64,000 nt of DNA from Eledone cirrhosa (GCA_964016885.1 OZ024765.1:3658001-3722000); one strand, 5' to 3'. Numbered from the stretch's first letter, positions 13,574 through 26,749 are shown. The notes: a model not told the origin generated them from the sequence alone. Numbers and translations: made by a program.

Positions 13574-13814
13574 GGGATTTAGCTTTGTTGACTTAATTGA
13601 AGATGCCCGCAGTCACAAGAACTTTGCATTGAAGAGGATCAGATGTCATTCGAAGGAGGATGAGAATATCGCGATGCAGGAGGTGAACATAATGAAGTCT
13701 TTTAAACATCCACATATAGTACCCCTGGTGGACTTCATGTTGGTCCCTGTCAGCAAGTTTGCACAAAACACAGATATGTGCAGCGAGATGCACATCATCA
13801 TGCCGTACTATTCA
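13574..13814 (+). CDS. STK16: STK16 coding exon 2
   Basis: tacag|G completes LGEG-GFSFVDLIED...FALKRIRCH...E...FKHPHIVPL...MPYYS (kinase subdomains I-V). Donor gtgagt at 13815; phase matches exon 1. Confidence 0.92.
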
Positions 13815-13887
13815 GTGAGTAGTGTTGTTTTCTGTGTGTATGTGTGTGTGTGTGTGTATGTGTGTGTGTATGTGTGCATGTGTGTGT

Positions 13888-13955
<68 letters not shown>

Positions 13956-14014
13956 ATGTGTGTGTATGTGTGCATGTGTGTGTATGTGTGCATGTGTGTG
14001 TATGTGTGCATGTG

Positions 14015-14820
14015 TGTGTATGAAACTATATAAGCATGTGTATGTGTAGATTTCAGTGTGTGTATGTATATGTATGTATATGAAACTGTATATAAGCATG
14101 TGTATGTGTAGATTTCAGTGTGTGTATATGTATATAAAACTGTATATAAGCAAGTGTATGTGTACATTTCAGTGTGTGTATGTATGTATATGAAACTGTA
14201 TATAAGCATGTGTATGTGTAGATTTCAGTGTGTGTATATGTATATAAAACTGTATATAAGCATGTGTATGTGTACATTTCAGTGTGTGTATGTATATGTA
14301 TGTATATGAAACTGTATATAAGCATGTGTATGTGTAGATTTCAGTGTGTGTATATGTATATAAAACTGTATATAAGCATGTGTATGTGTACATTTCAGTG
14401 TGTGTATGTGTATGTATGTATGTATGTATATGAAACTATATAAGCATGTGTATGTGTAGATTTCAGTGTGTGTATGTATATGTATGTATATGAAACTGTA
14501 TATAAGCATGTGTATGTGTACATTTCAGTGTGTGTATGTGTATGTATGTATGTATATGAAACTATATAAGCATGTGTATGTGTAGATTTCAGTGTGTGTA
14601 TATGTATATAAAACTGTATATAAGCATGTGTATGTGTACATTTCAGTGTGTGTATGTATATGTATGTATATGAAACTGTATATAAGCATGTGTATGTGTA
14701 GATTTCAGTGTGTGTATATGTATATAAAACTGTATATAAGCAAGTGTATGTGTACATTTCAGTGTGTGTATGTATGTATATGAAACTGTATATAAGCATG
14801 TGTATGTGTAGATTTCTATA
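14015..14820. repeat. About 55-65 bp minisatellite in a TG/TATG tract
   Basis: Repeating aaactgtatataagcatgtgtatgtgtagatttcagtgtgtgtatg. Confidence 0.9.
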
Positions 14821-15037
14821 TGTATGTATGCATGTGTATGTGTGTGTGTACATTTATATGTGTATGTGTACATTTGTATGTATGTGTACATTTCTGCATG
14901 TGTGTGTGTGTACATTTCTATATGTGTAAGTGTACATTTGTATGTATGTATGTGTACATTTCTGTGTGTGTATGCATCTGTCTGTGTAATTTTATGTACA
15001 CACATTTATTCATCCATCCATCTATGTATCTATCAAC

Positions 15038-15111
<74 letters not shown>

Positions 15112-15129
15112 CTCTCTCTATCTATCTAT

Positions 15130-15840
15130 GCCTTCTTTAAGTATCACTTTAGAAGGAGAATCAGGGTGGAGAGAGAGGCACTGCACCCCAGTAAATTTAC
15201 TGAAAGGTGGGTGAATGTGGCGAGAATGGCCCGAGTGATTGGGCCTTCTCTGTTTATAAGCCTGTAGGTTGAGGAAGAGAGCAAAAGGAAAAAAGGAGCA
15301 CTTGCACAACACGCTCCTGAAGTTGAGGGTTGTTCTATCTACGGGGTATTAAACAACCCATTTGTGGCGCTTCCCCCCTATTGGGGATTTTGATTGTTAT
15401 AATTGTTTGTTTTATATTTTTATATCTACCTCTGTATTTATTTATTTATCTATCTATCTATTGGAAAGGGGTACTCACTCTTCGTACTCCTGGAGATGAG
15501 GGTTGCACATTTTTTTCGGGGGTATGTGTTACCCATATGAAATGTCTCCCCCTATTGGGGATAATCGATTAATTTTTAAATTACATTTGTGATAATATTT
15601 TACACGTTTTTATTGTATGTAAACTTCCCCCTTTGTATTTGTCCCCTTCTTTTGTGCCCCTGTGGCTAATAAAGAAACATATCTATCTATCTATCTCTCT
15701 CTATCTGTCTGTTCATCTATCCATCTCTTTATCTATATATCTGTCCATCTATCTATCACTGTATTTAAAATCCCCGGCATGTCTTTGTATTGTCCCCTTT
15801 TCTTGTGCGCCCTTGTGGCTAATAAAGAAATATATCTATC
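15130..15840 (+). mobile_element. Nested Tx1-like LINE 3' fragments with (ATCT)n tails
   Basis: FFKYHFRRRIRVEREALHPSKFTERWVNVARMARV matches the end of the 4800-6115 ORF. Same 3' UTR blocks at 41640-41850, 57620-57735 and 58130-58530. Confidence 0.75.
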
Positions 15841-15852
15841 ACTGTATTTCAG

Positions 15853-15992
15853 CGAGGTTCACTCCAAGACCGGATAGAGATGCTTGCCAGGAAAAGTGAT
15901 CGGATTCACGAGGAACGTTTATGGGAAATTTTCTTTGGAATTTGTGAAGGGGTGAAAGCTATGCACAGCCACAACCCACCCTATGCCCACAG
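15853..15992 (+). CDS. STK16: STK16 coding exon 3
   Basis: tttcag|RGSLQDRIEMLARKSDRIHEERLWEIFLGICEGVKAMHSHNPPYAHR|gtttgt; phase-consistent. Confidence 0.92.
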
Positions 15993-16448
15993 GTTTGTTT
16001 CATAGTCTCTCTCTCCCACCCTGCCCCTTCCTCTGTCTATCCTGTCTCTCTGTATGTCTGTCGTCTGTCCCCACTCTCTCTTAACACTGGATAAAAGGAT
16101 AAAATGCGTTGTGGTATTCATTCTGGCTCTCAGAATGCAGATATTTTGAGGGTCACTCTCCATTTCTCCCTGTCTTCTGCCAGGTGTTCCCAATACTTGT
16201 GATTAATATTTCCATGGATCAGCTGGCGTTTGAGTTGGTCCTTGAAGCATTTTCAGTTTACACATACTTTGCTAGAAATCATCATCATTGTTTAATGTCC
16301 ATGTCCATGCTAGCATGGGTTAGACACATTACCCCGTTGTTGGACACATTAGCTCGTTGTGAGACAAGTCAGATCAGATAACCATGTTTTGTTTATGATG
16401 ACAAAAAGCTTAAGTAATGTTTAGTAAATGTTTCTTATAATTTGCCAG

Positions 16449-16569
16449 GGATCTAAAGCCTGCCAACATCATGTTTGCTGATAACAACTGCCCCATTCTT
16501 ATGGATTTGGGGTCATCTGTAAAAGCCAGAACAGAAATAAAAACTATGTCAGAAGCTCGTACCCTCCAG
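16449..16569 (+). CDS. STK16: STK16 coding exon 4
   Basis: ttgccag|(R)DLKPANIMFADNNCPILMDLGSSVKARTEIKTMSEARTLQ|gtaatt. Contains the HRDLK catalytic loop and the DLG variant of DFG typical of STK16. Confidence 0.94.
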
Positions 16570-16668
16570 GTAATTTAACACTTATCTTTGTTAAATCTTA
16601 ACACCTGTCTTTTTAAACTCTTAACATCGTATCGTGCATTAAACCACATTAGCAAGACATTCTTGAAA

Positions 16669-17640
16669 AGTACAAAACAACACTATGACTGCATCACATT
16701 AAATATTAAAGTCTTTACTGTAATACTGTAAATATTCACAACAATCTGTCCACCAGTAAAGATACTATAAACATTTAGTACAAAACAACACTATGACTAC
16801 ATCACATTAAATATTAAAGTCTTTACTGTAATACTGTAAATTTTCACAACAATCTGTCCACCAGTAAAGATACTATAAACATTTAGTACAAAACAACACT
16901 ATGACTACATCACATTAAATATTAAAGTCTTTACTGTAATACTGTAAATATTCACAACAATCTGTCCACCAGTAAAGATACTATAAACATTTAGTACAAA
17001 ACAACACTATGACTACATCACATTAAATATTAAAGTCTTTACTGTAATACTGTAAATATTCACAACAATCTGTCCACCAGTAAAGATACTATAAACATTT
17101 AGTACAAAACAACACTATGACTACATCACATTAAATAGTAAAGTCTTTACTGTAATACTGTAAATATTCACAACAATCTGTCCACCAGTAAAGATACTAT
17201 AAACATTTAGTACAAAACAACACTATGACTACATCACATTAAATATTAAAGTCTTTACTGTAATACTGTAAATATTCACAACAATCTGTCCACCAGTAAA
17301 GATACTATAAACATTTAGTACAAAACAACACTATGACTGCTTCACATTAAATAGTAAAGTCTTTACTGTAATACTGTAAATATTCACAACAATCTGTCCA
17401 CCAGTAAAGATACTATAAACATTTAGTACAAAACAACACTATGACTACATCACATTAAATATTAAAGTCTTTACTGTAATACTGTAAATTTTCACAACAA
17501 TCTGTCCACCAGTAAAGATACTATAAACATTTAGTACAAAACAACACTATGACTACATCACATTAAATATTAAAGTCTTTACTGTAATACTGTAAATATT
17601 CACAACAATCTGTCCACCAGTAAAGATACTATAAACATTT
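16669..17640 (+). repeat. 108-bp satellite, about 9 copies
   Basis: Sequence recurs every 540 bp (5 x 108); unit agtacaaaacaacactatgac...aagatactataaacattt. Confidence 0.97.
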
Positions 17641-17827
17641 GAAGTAACAAACCTGTTTCGATATTTTCTACAAAGTACTTTTATGAATGTTGTTGCTGCT
17701 GTATGACAGCACTGCATTACCGAGCACAGCTCTGTGTGTCTTGGGTGTGTGCAGTACCTAGTTGTGTTTTTTCCTGTATCTGTATCTTGTATTTGGTTAT
17801 GTATTATTATTGTTGTTGTTGTTGCAG

Positions 17828-17923
17828 GATGTAGCGGCAGAGCGCTGTTCAATGCTGTACCGTGCACCAGAGCTGTTCACTGTAGAGAAAGGGGCCTGCA
17901 TTGATGAACGAACTGATATTTGG
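17828..17923 (+). CDS. STK16: STK16 coding exon 5
   Basis: ttgcag|DVAAERCSMLYRAPELFTVEKGACIDERTDIW|gtaagg; APE motif. Confidence 0.94.
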
Positions 17924-17939
17924 GTAAGGTTCTTCTCTG

Positions 17940-19080
17940 TCATCATCATTTTTACCATTATCACCACCACCACCACCACCACCATCACCACCTGTACCAC
18001 TACCACTATCACCATCTCTACCACTACATTAACATCACCACCACCACCACCACCATTATCACCACCTGTACCACTACCACTATCACCACCATCTCTACCA
18101 CTACATTAACATCACCACCACCACCACCACCATTATCACCACCTGTACCACTACCACTATCACCATCTCTACCACTACATTAACATCACCACCACCACCA
18201 ACATTATCACCACCTGTACCACTACCACTATCACCACCATCTCTACCACTACATTAACATCACCACCACCACCACTACCATTATCACCACCACCACCACC
18301 ACTATCACCACCATCACCATCACTACCATTAACATCACCACCACCACTACCATTATCACCACCACCACCACCACTATCACCACCATCACCATCACTACCA
18401 TTAACATCACCACCACCACCACCACCACCAACATTATCACCACCTGTACCACTATCACCACCACCACCATCTCTACCACTACCATTAACATCACCACCAC
18501 CACCACCATCTCTACCACTACCATTAACATCACCACCACCACCATTATCACCACCACCACCACCATCTCTACCACTACCATTAACATCACCACCACCACC
18601 ATTATCACCACCACCACCACCATCTCTACCACTACCATTAACATCACCACCACCACCATCTCTACCACTACCATTAACATCACCACCACCACCATTATCA
18701 CCACCACCACCACCATCTCTACCACTACCATTAACATCACCACCACCACCATTATCACCACCACCACCATCTCTACCACTACCATTAACATCACCACCAC
18801 CACCATTATCACCACCACCACCACCATCTCTACCACTACCATTAACATCACCACCACCACCATCTCTACCACTACCATTAACATCACCACCACCACCACC
18901 ATCTCTACCACTACCATTAACACCACCACCATTATCACCACCACCACCATCTCTACCACTACCATTAACATCACCACCACCACCATTATCACCACCACCA
19001 CCACCATCACTACCACTACCATTAACATCACCACCACCACCATTATCACCGTCACCACCACTACTAGTATCACCACCAAT
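17940..19080. repeat. (CAC)n-rich compound repeat
   Basis: Directly visible. Confidence 0.95.
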
Positions 19081-19208
19081 GATGATGATAATGTTGATAG
19101 TGATAATGTTGATGATATTATCACTATCTACCCCCTATATTTCACTACCGTCCCTAGGGTGTCTACTATATAATATTATCTCTATCCACCCCCTGTATTT
19201 AATTACAG

Positions 19209-19333
19209 TCTTTAGGGTGTCTGCTGTATGCTTTGGCCTTCCTGGAGTCACCGTTCGAGCAAGATTACCAACGAGGAAACAGCATAGCTCTGGCGGTGCT
19301 TGGAGGAAACATCAGATTCCCTGAAAATTCACA
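19209..19333 (+). CDS. STK16: STK16 coding exon 6
   Basis: ttacag|SLGCLLYALAFLESPFEQDYQRGNSIALAVLGGNIRFPENS|gtaagt. Confidence 0.93.
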
Positions 19334-19679
19334 GTAAGTGTTGTTGTCATCGTTGTAGCTGTTGTCTTTGTCATCGTTGTAGCTGTTGTCTTTGTCATCG
19401 TTGTAGCTGTTGTCTTTGTCATCGTTGTTGTTGTCTTTGTCATCGTTGTAGCTGTTGTCTTTGTCATCGTTGTTGTTGTCTTAGAGTAAAGACTTTAACC
19501 CTTTACGGCAGATTGGCAGTATCGGTAGAGGGTTGGACGCCAAGAGTTACGGCCCTTTATGGTCTGAGTTCAAATCTCGCCAAGGTTGACTTTGCCTTTC
19601 ATCCTTACGGGGTCGATAAAATAAAGTACCAGTAATGTACTGCGTTAATTGCTGGCCTTGTGCCAAAAGTAGAAACATA

Positions 19680-22645
19680 ATTTGTTGTGAACATTTACAA
19701 TATTACAGTAAAGACTTTAATATTTAATGTGATGTAGTCATAGTGTTGTTTTGTACTAAATGTTTATAGTATCTTTACTGGTGGACAGATTGTTGTGAAA
19801 ATTTACAGTATTACAGTAAAGACTTTAATATTTAATGTGATGTAGTCATAGTGTTGTTTTGTACTAAATGTTTATAGTATCTTTACTGGTGGACAGACTG
19901 TTGTGAATATTTACAATATTACAGTAAAGACTTTAATATTTAATGTGATGCAGTCATAGTGTTGTTTTGTACTAAATGTTTATAGTATCTTTACTGGTAG
20001 ACAGATTGTTGTGAATATTTACAGTATTACAGTAAAGACTTTAATATTTAATGTGATGTAGTCATAGTGTTGTTTTGTACTAAATGTTTATAGTATCTTT
20101 ACTGGTGGACAGATTGTTGTGAAAATTTACAGTATTACAGTAAAGAATTTAATATCTAATGTGATGTAGTCATAGTGTTGTTTTGTACTAAATGTTTATA
20201 GTATCTTTACTGGTAGACAGATTGTTGTGAATATTTACAGTATTACAGTAAAGACTTTAATATTTAATGTGATGTAGTCATAGTGTTGTTTTGTACTAAA
20301 TGTTTATAGTATCTTTACTGGTGGACAGATTGTTGTGAATATTTACAGTATTACAGTAAAGACTTTAATATTTAATGTGATGTAGTCATAGTGTTGTTTT
20401 GTACTAAATGTTTATAGTATCTTTACTGGTGGACAGATTGTTGTGAATATTTACAGTATTACAGTAAAGACTTTAATATTTAATGTGATGTAGTCATAGT
20501 GTTGTTTTCTACTAAATGTTTATAGTATCTTTACTGGTGGACAGATTGTTGTGAATATTTACAGTATTACAGTAAAGACTTTAATATTTAATGTGATGTA
20601 GTCATAGTGTTGTTTTGTACTAAATGTTTATAGTATCTTTACTGGTAGACAGATTGTTGTGAATATTTACAGTATTACAGTAAAGACTTTAATATTTAAT
20701 GTGATGTAGTCATAGTGTTGTTTTGTACTAAATGTTTATAGTATCTTTACTGGTGGACAGATTGTTGTGAAAATTTACAGTATTACAGTAAAGACTTTAA
20801 TATTTAATGTGATGTAGTCATAGTGTTGTTTTGTACTAAATGTTTATAGTATCTTTACTGGTGGACAGATTGTTGTGAAAATTTACAGTATTACAGTAAA
20901 GACTTTAATATTTAATGTGATGTAGTCATAGTGTTGTTTTGTACTAAATGTTTATAGTATCTTTACTGGTGGACAGACTGTTGTGAATATTTACAATATT
21001 ACAGTAAAGACTTTAATATTTAATGTGATGTAGTCATAGTGTTGTTTTGTACTAAATGTTTATAGTATCTTTACTGGTGGACAGATTGTTGTGAATATTT
21101 ACAGTATTACAGTAAAGACTTTAATATTTAATGTGATGTAGTCATAGTGTTGTTTTGTACTAAATGTTTATAGTATCTTTACTGGTGGACAGATTGTTGT
21201 GAATATTTACAGTATTACAGTAAAGACTTTAATATTTAATGTGATGTAGTCATAGTGTTGTTTTGTACTAAATGTTTATAGTATCTTTACTGGTAGACAG
21301 ACTGTTGTGAATATTTACAGTATTACAGTAAAGAATTTAATATCTAATGTGATGTAGTCATAGTGTTGTTTTGTACTAAATGTTTATAGTATCTTTACTG
21401 GTGGACAGATTGTTGTGAATATTTACAGTATTACAGTAAAGACTTTAATATTTAATGTGATGTAGTCATAGTGTTGTTTTGTACTAAATGTTTATAGTAT
21501 CTTTACTGGTGGACAGACTGTTGTGAATATTTACAATATTACAGTAAAGACTTTAATATTTAATGTGATGTAGTCATAGTGTTGTTTTGTACTAAATGTT
21601 TATAGTATCTTTACTGGTGGACAGATTGTTGTGAATATTTACAGTATTACAGTAAAGACTTTAATATTTAATGTGATGTAGTCATAGTGTTGTTTTGTAC
21701 TAAATGTTTATAGTATCTTTACTGGTGGACAGATTGTTGTGAATATTTACAGTATTACAGTAAAGACTTTAATATTTAATGTGATGTAGTCATAGTGTTG
21801 TTTTCTACTAAATGTTTATAGTATCTTTACTGGTGGACAGATTGTTGTGAATATTTACAGTATTACAGTAAAGACTTTAATATTTAATGTGATGTAGTCA
21901 TAGTGTTGTTTTGTACTAAATGTTTATAGTATCTTTACTGGTAGACAGATTGTTGTGAATATTTACAGTATTACAGTAAAGACTTTAATATTTAATGTGA
22001 TGTAGTCATAGTGTTGTTTTGTACTAAATGTTTATAGTATCTTTACTGGTGGACAGATTGTTGTGAAAATTTACAGTATTACAGTAAAGACTTTAATATT
22101 TAATGTGATGTAGTCATAGTGTTGTTTTGTACTAAATGTTTATAGTATCTTTACTGGTGGACAGATTGTTGTGAAAATTTACAGTATTACAGTAAAGACT
22201 TTAATATTTAATGTGATGTAGTCATAGTGTTGTTTTGTACTAAATGTTTATAGTATCTTTACTGGTGGACAGACTGTTGTGAATATTTACAATATTACAG
22301 TAAAGACTTTAATATTTAATGTGATGTAGTCATAGTGTTGTTTTGTACTAAATGTTTATAGTATCTTTACTGGTGGACAGATTGTTGTGAATATTTACAG
22401 TATTACAGTAAAGACTTTAATATTTAATGTGATGTAGTCATAGTGTTGTTTTGTACTAAATGTTTATAGTATCTTTACTGGTGGACAGATTGTTGTGAAT
22501 ATTTACAGTATTACAGTAAAGACTTTAATATTTAATGTGATGTAGTCATAGTGTTGTTTTGTACTAAATGTTTATAGTATCTTTACTGGTAGACAGACTG
22601 TTGTGAATATTTACAGTATTACAGTAAAGACTTTAATATTTAATG
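19680..22645 (-). repeat. 108-bp satellite, about 27 copies, inverted relative to 16669-17640
   Basis: Reverse complement of the same unit. Shorter copies at about 50380-50700 (-) and 60310-60540 (+). Confidence 0.97.
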
Positions 22646-22750
22646 TAATATTTTTCAATGGGATGACATGTCATGACATGTCATTTAATGTAGTACAGGA
22701 CATTAAGAGTTAACCACGTTAGTATTCACGCTGTTGCTTTTTATTTGTAG

Positions 22751-22877
22751 GTATTCGAAACATTTGGAAACGACAGTATTAAAACTGATGGCTGTAAACC
22801 CGATGGAGCGTCCATTTATTGAACAGGTCAGCCAGATGGTTAGTCTGCTTCGAACAGCTAACACCGGCCGCATGTGA
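22751..22877 (+). CDS. STK16: STK16 coding exon 7 (last)
   Basis: ttgtag|(Q)YSKHLETTVLKLMAVNPMERPFIEQV...M-TGA. The seven exons sum to 927 nt (308 aa), close to the known STK16 size. Confidence 0.9.
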
Positions 22878-22969
22878 TGTGGCTCATGGCTGCCGTGTGT
22901 GTGTGGTCAAATGTGAGAAATGAATGGGAATGTGTGAACGTGTGTGCACACACACTTATATATAAATGT

Positions 22970-24090
22970 ACATACACATACACCCACATATATATAAATA
23001 TACATACATACACATATATATATATACATACATACACATATATATATATATACATACATACACATATATATATATATACATACATACACATATATACATA
23101 TATACGTAAGTATATATATGTGTATATGTATATGTAAGTATATAGAGATGTGTATGTATATATATGTATATATGTTTATGTAAGTATATATATGTGTATG
23201 TATATATATGTATATATGTTTATGTAAGTATATATATGTGTATGTATATATATGTATATATGTTTATGTAAGTATATATATGTGTATGTATATATATGTA
23301 TATATGTTTATGTAAGTATATATATGTGTATGTATATATATGTATATATGTTTATGTAAGTATATATATGTGTATGTATATATATGTATATATGTTTATG
23401 TAAGTATATATATGTGTATGTATATATATGTATATATGTTTATGTAAGTATATATATGTGTATGTATATATATGTATATATGTTTATGTAAGTATATATA
23501 TGTGTATGTATATATATGTATATATGTATATGTAAGTATATAGAGATGTGTATGTATATATATGTATATATGTTTATGTAAGTATATATATGTGTATGTA
23601 TATATATGTATATATGTTTATGTAAGTATATATATATGTGTATGTATATATATGTATATATGTTTATGTAAGTATATATATGTGTATGTATATATATGTA
23701 TATATGTTTATGTAAGTATATATATGTGTATGTATATATATGTATATATGTTTATGTAAGTATATATATGTGTATGTATATATATGTATATATGTTTATG
23801 TAAGTATATATATGTGTATGTATATATATGTATATATGTTTATGTAAGTATATATATGTGTATGTATATATATGTATATATGTTTATGTAAGTATATTTA
23901 TGTGTATGTATATATGTTTATGTAAGTATATATATGTGTATGTATATATATGTATATGTAAGTATATTTATGTGTATGTATATATATGTATATATGTTTA
24001 TGTAAGTATATATATGAGTATGTATATATGTGTATGTATATATATACATGTTTATGTATATATATATATACATGTGTATGTGTGTCTGTA
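22970..24090. repeat. TA/TATG-derived minisatellite downstream of the STK16 stop
   Basis: Repeating tttatgtaagtatatatatgtgtatgtatatatatgtatatatg. Confidence 0.9.
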
Positions 24091-24525
24091 CATGTATGGC
24101 TATTTACAGTGTTTTATTTTTGGTGGTGGTCGTGGCAATGTAATTTGAAAAGGTTTGTGATATATAAGATGATCATGACACAGATAATGATAATGATGAT
24201 GATGATTTTTCACAATATTTGGTTTTTTTTTTATGTTTTTTTTTTTATCAAAGAAGGCGCCCGTTGAAACATTCCCCATAAGTTGTGCTTCCACCCCTCC
24301 CTCTAACGCCGCACCCCCACCACCACCACTTCACATTCCATCTCAGAGACCTTTTTTCTTTTTCTTCCCCCTACTCTTGTTTTCTTCCTGTTTTGTGTTT
24401 TTCATCAGCCTCGCGCTGTAAATGCTACCATTTCTCACCCCACCCCCCTCCACTTTCTCAGCAACTGGCTACATGTCGAGGAAATTCCAGGCTGTGACAG
24501 GCGACCAGCTCAGCCTTAATATATA

Positions 24526-25104
24526 CAGTAATCCCTCGTTTATCGCAGGGGCATACATTCCAGACCCAACCACGATATAGAGAGACCATAAAGACAACTG
24601 TTGTTTTCATAGTTTAAGCCTTAAAATTCCTCTCCTACAAGCTTTAAGTACATATAAACTCATTAATACACACTTTTGTATTTAAACACCCAAAACAGCC
24701 AGTAACGCTCGTACCACTAGTTACCAATGACGGCCCTTGCCAGCCACAGTAGCCACTTGGTAATACACTGCACATCTCCCGTCAATCTATGAAGGGTTTG
24801 TAGTAGATTAGAGAAAAACACAATCAATAAAACAGTAATGGAATGAAAAATAAAAACATTATTTTTATAGTTAAAGCCTTAAGATGTCCCTTCCTTACGA
24901 TATACACTCCAATTACATCAAAACTTATTCAATAAGTTTAAATTTTAAACACTTTTTATTCAGATGTTCGAACTGCGATAACAAAATAGATATGTTCTGA
25001 CAAAAAATTTGCAATGTAACGAGGATTACCATAATAGGAAATTAGATACATTCCAAATAAAAATCCGCGATGTACCAGGACCGCGAAAGAGCGGGGTATT
25101 ACTG
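24526..25104. mobile_element. Tc1/pogo (Tigger-like) non-autonomous DNA transposon
   Basis: TA-CAGTAATCCCTCG...CGGGGTATTACTG-TA imperfect TIRs with TA flanks. Confidence 0.7.
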
Positions 25105-25309
25105 TATATATAAATATGTGTATATGTGTATGGACTTGTAACTCTTGAGACAGTCGTAGGGACGCTGTATTGACATAGTGTTTCTTAGGCTGTTTTTAGA
25201 CCTGGCAGAGCCCACCTTCCCTCTCCAGGTCTGAAAACAGAGATTTCTTCCAGAAAAGGATAAAGAGAGTGAGAGAAAAGAAGTGCAATAGAGATATAGA
25301 AGAAGAATT

Positions 25310-25670
25310 ATACTGCCTTGATGAGCGTCTGGGCTCGAGACAGACTTTACCTCTGCAATGGACTGGCGTCCTGTCCAGGAGGATGTCTTGTACTCTGTCG
25401 CTTTACACCTCAGAAACCAGAATAAGCACCGGCCTGATGAGCTTGTGGGCTCGAGACACTTTAACCATGTGATGGACTGGTATCTTGAACTCTCAATCAC
25501 TTCACATCATAGAAACTGGGATAAGCATCGACTTGACGAGCCTGTGGGCTAGCAACCGACTTTAACCTTATGATGGACTGGTGTCTTGAACTGTTTGTCA
25601 CATCATGCCACAGAAACCAGGATAAGCACTATCTCGACAAGCCTGTTAAGCTAGCAACAAACTTTATATC
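25310..25670 (+). mobile_element. Tandemly repeated, diverged SINE-like 3' segment (about 3 copies)
   Basis: atggactgg...agaaaccrggataagca...gagcctgtgggct...actttaacc repeated. Confidence 0.5.
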
Positions 25671-26489
25671 GGTTGTATGCAACGTTTTTGTGACTGGTTT
25701 ATGGCTGGATGCCCTTCTTGATACCAACCTTTTTAGCCAACCCCCCTCCTCTATTCCTGTCCTTACGACATAATTATAATTTTGGTGGTGGGATGGTTCA
25801 GTTTATTTTGCCATATTGTTGTTATGTTTTTTTTTTTGTTTTGGCTGGGATAATATTTAATTGGTCATGTGAATTTATTTAATTTACGAAAAATAATAAA
25901 TTTTTTGTGAAGAAATAAAACTTTTTTTTTTTTCCAAAAAGATGAGAGTAAATAGTAAAGACTATCTTGTATAGATTGGTGTTGGATGTTGTCTTGTTAT
26001 TTATGCTGTGTGTTGTTTGGTGGTTTTTGGAGGGTAGTGGTGGTTGGGGTGTTGTCAGTGGAGGGTGGTGGTGGTGTCTGGTTTTGGAGAGGTGGTGGTA
26101 TATGGTTTTTTTTTTTAGGGTGGTGGTGGTGTTTTTGGAGGCTAGTTGTGGTGGTGTCAGTGGTGTTTTTGGAGGGTAGTGGGGTTAATGATGTTGTCGG
26201 AGGTGGTAGTGGTGGTATCTTCGGTTGTTCTTTTTAGGGTGGTGGTGGTGGTGTTGTCGGAGGGTAGTTGTGGTGGTGCCAGTGGCGCTTTTGGAGGGTG
26301 GTGGTGTTAATGGTGTTGTCGGAGGTGGTAGTGTTGGTATCTTGGTTTTTTTTTTAGGGTGGTGGTGGTGGTGTTGTCGGAGGGTAGTTGTGGTGGTGTC
26401 AGTGATGTTTTTGGAGGGTGGTGGTGGTGATATTCTAAAATAAAATAAGATATACACACAGAAAAAAAAAAAAACAACTATTTTTTAAT

Positions 26490-26745
26490 TCATAATTTAG
26501 GCAACTGTTGTACATTTTTCAGAGCAGATTCCGAGCTAGACTTGTACATGAGGAAGTAACCCTGGAGTTGGGCCGCACTGATCTCCTGACCCTCTGCTAA
26601 TAATCGGTCAGCGAATTCCTCTGCAAAAGCCTTCTTTTCTTCAGGATAGAATCGTAGAAACATGGTTGTGATTTGGTGTTTGGAAGCAAAGTCTATTTTC
26701 TCCTTCAAGTCCACCCTTCCCGGCCGGATCAGGGCTGTGTCAAGT
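26490..26745 (-). CDS. BCS1L: BCS1L coding exon 4 (last)
   Basis: ctacag|LDTALIRPGRVDLKEKIDFAS...ISAAQLQGYFLMYK...KL-TGA. Total 1266 nt (421 aa). Confidence 0.95.
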
Positions 26746-26749
26746 CTGT

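Noticed and set aside
18249-19124. Val/Met-rich ORF
   Set aside because: Antisense reading of a (CAC)n tract in an STK16 intron.
25430-25465. CTGATGAGC...GCTCGAGAC as a hammerhead
   Set aside because: No GAAA and no stem I/III; part of a tandem SINE-like tail whose other copies lack the core.
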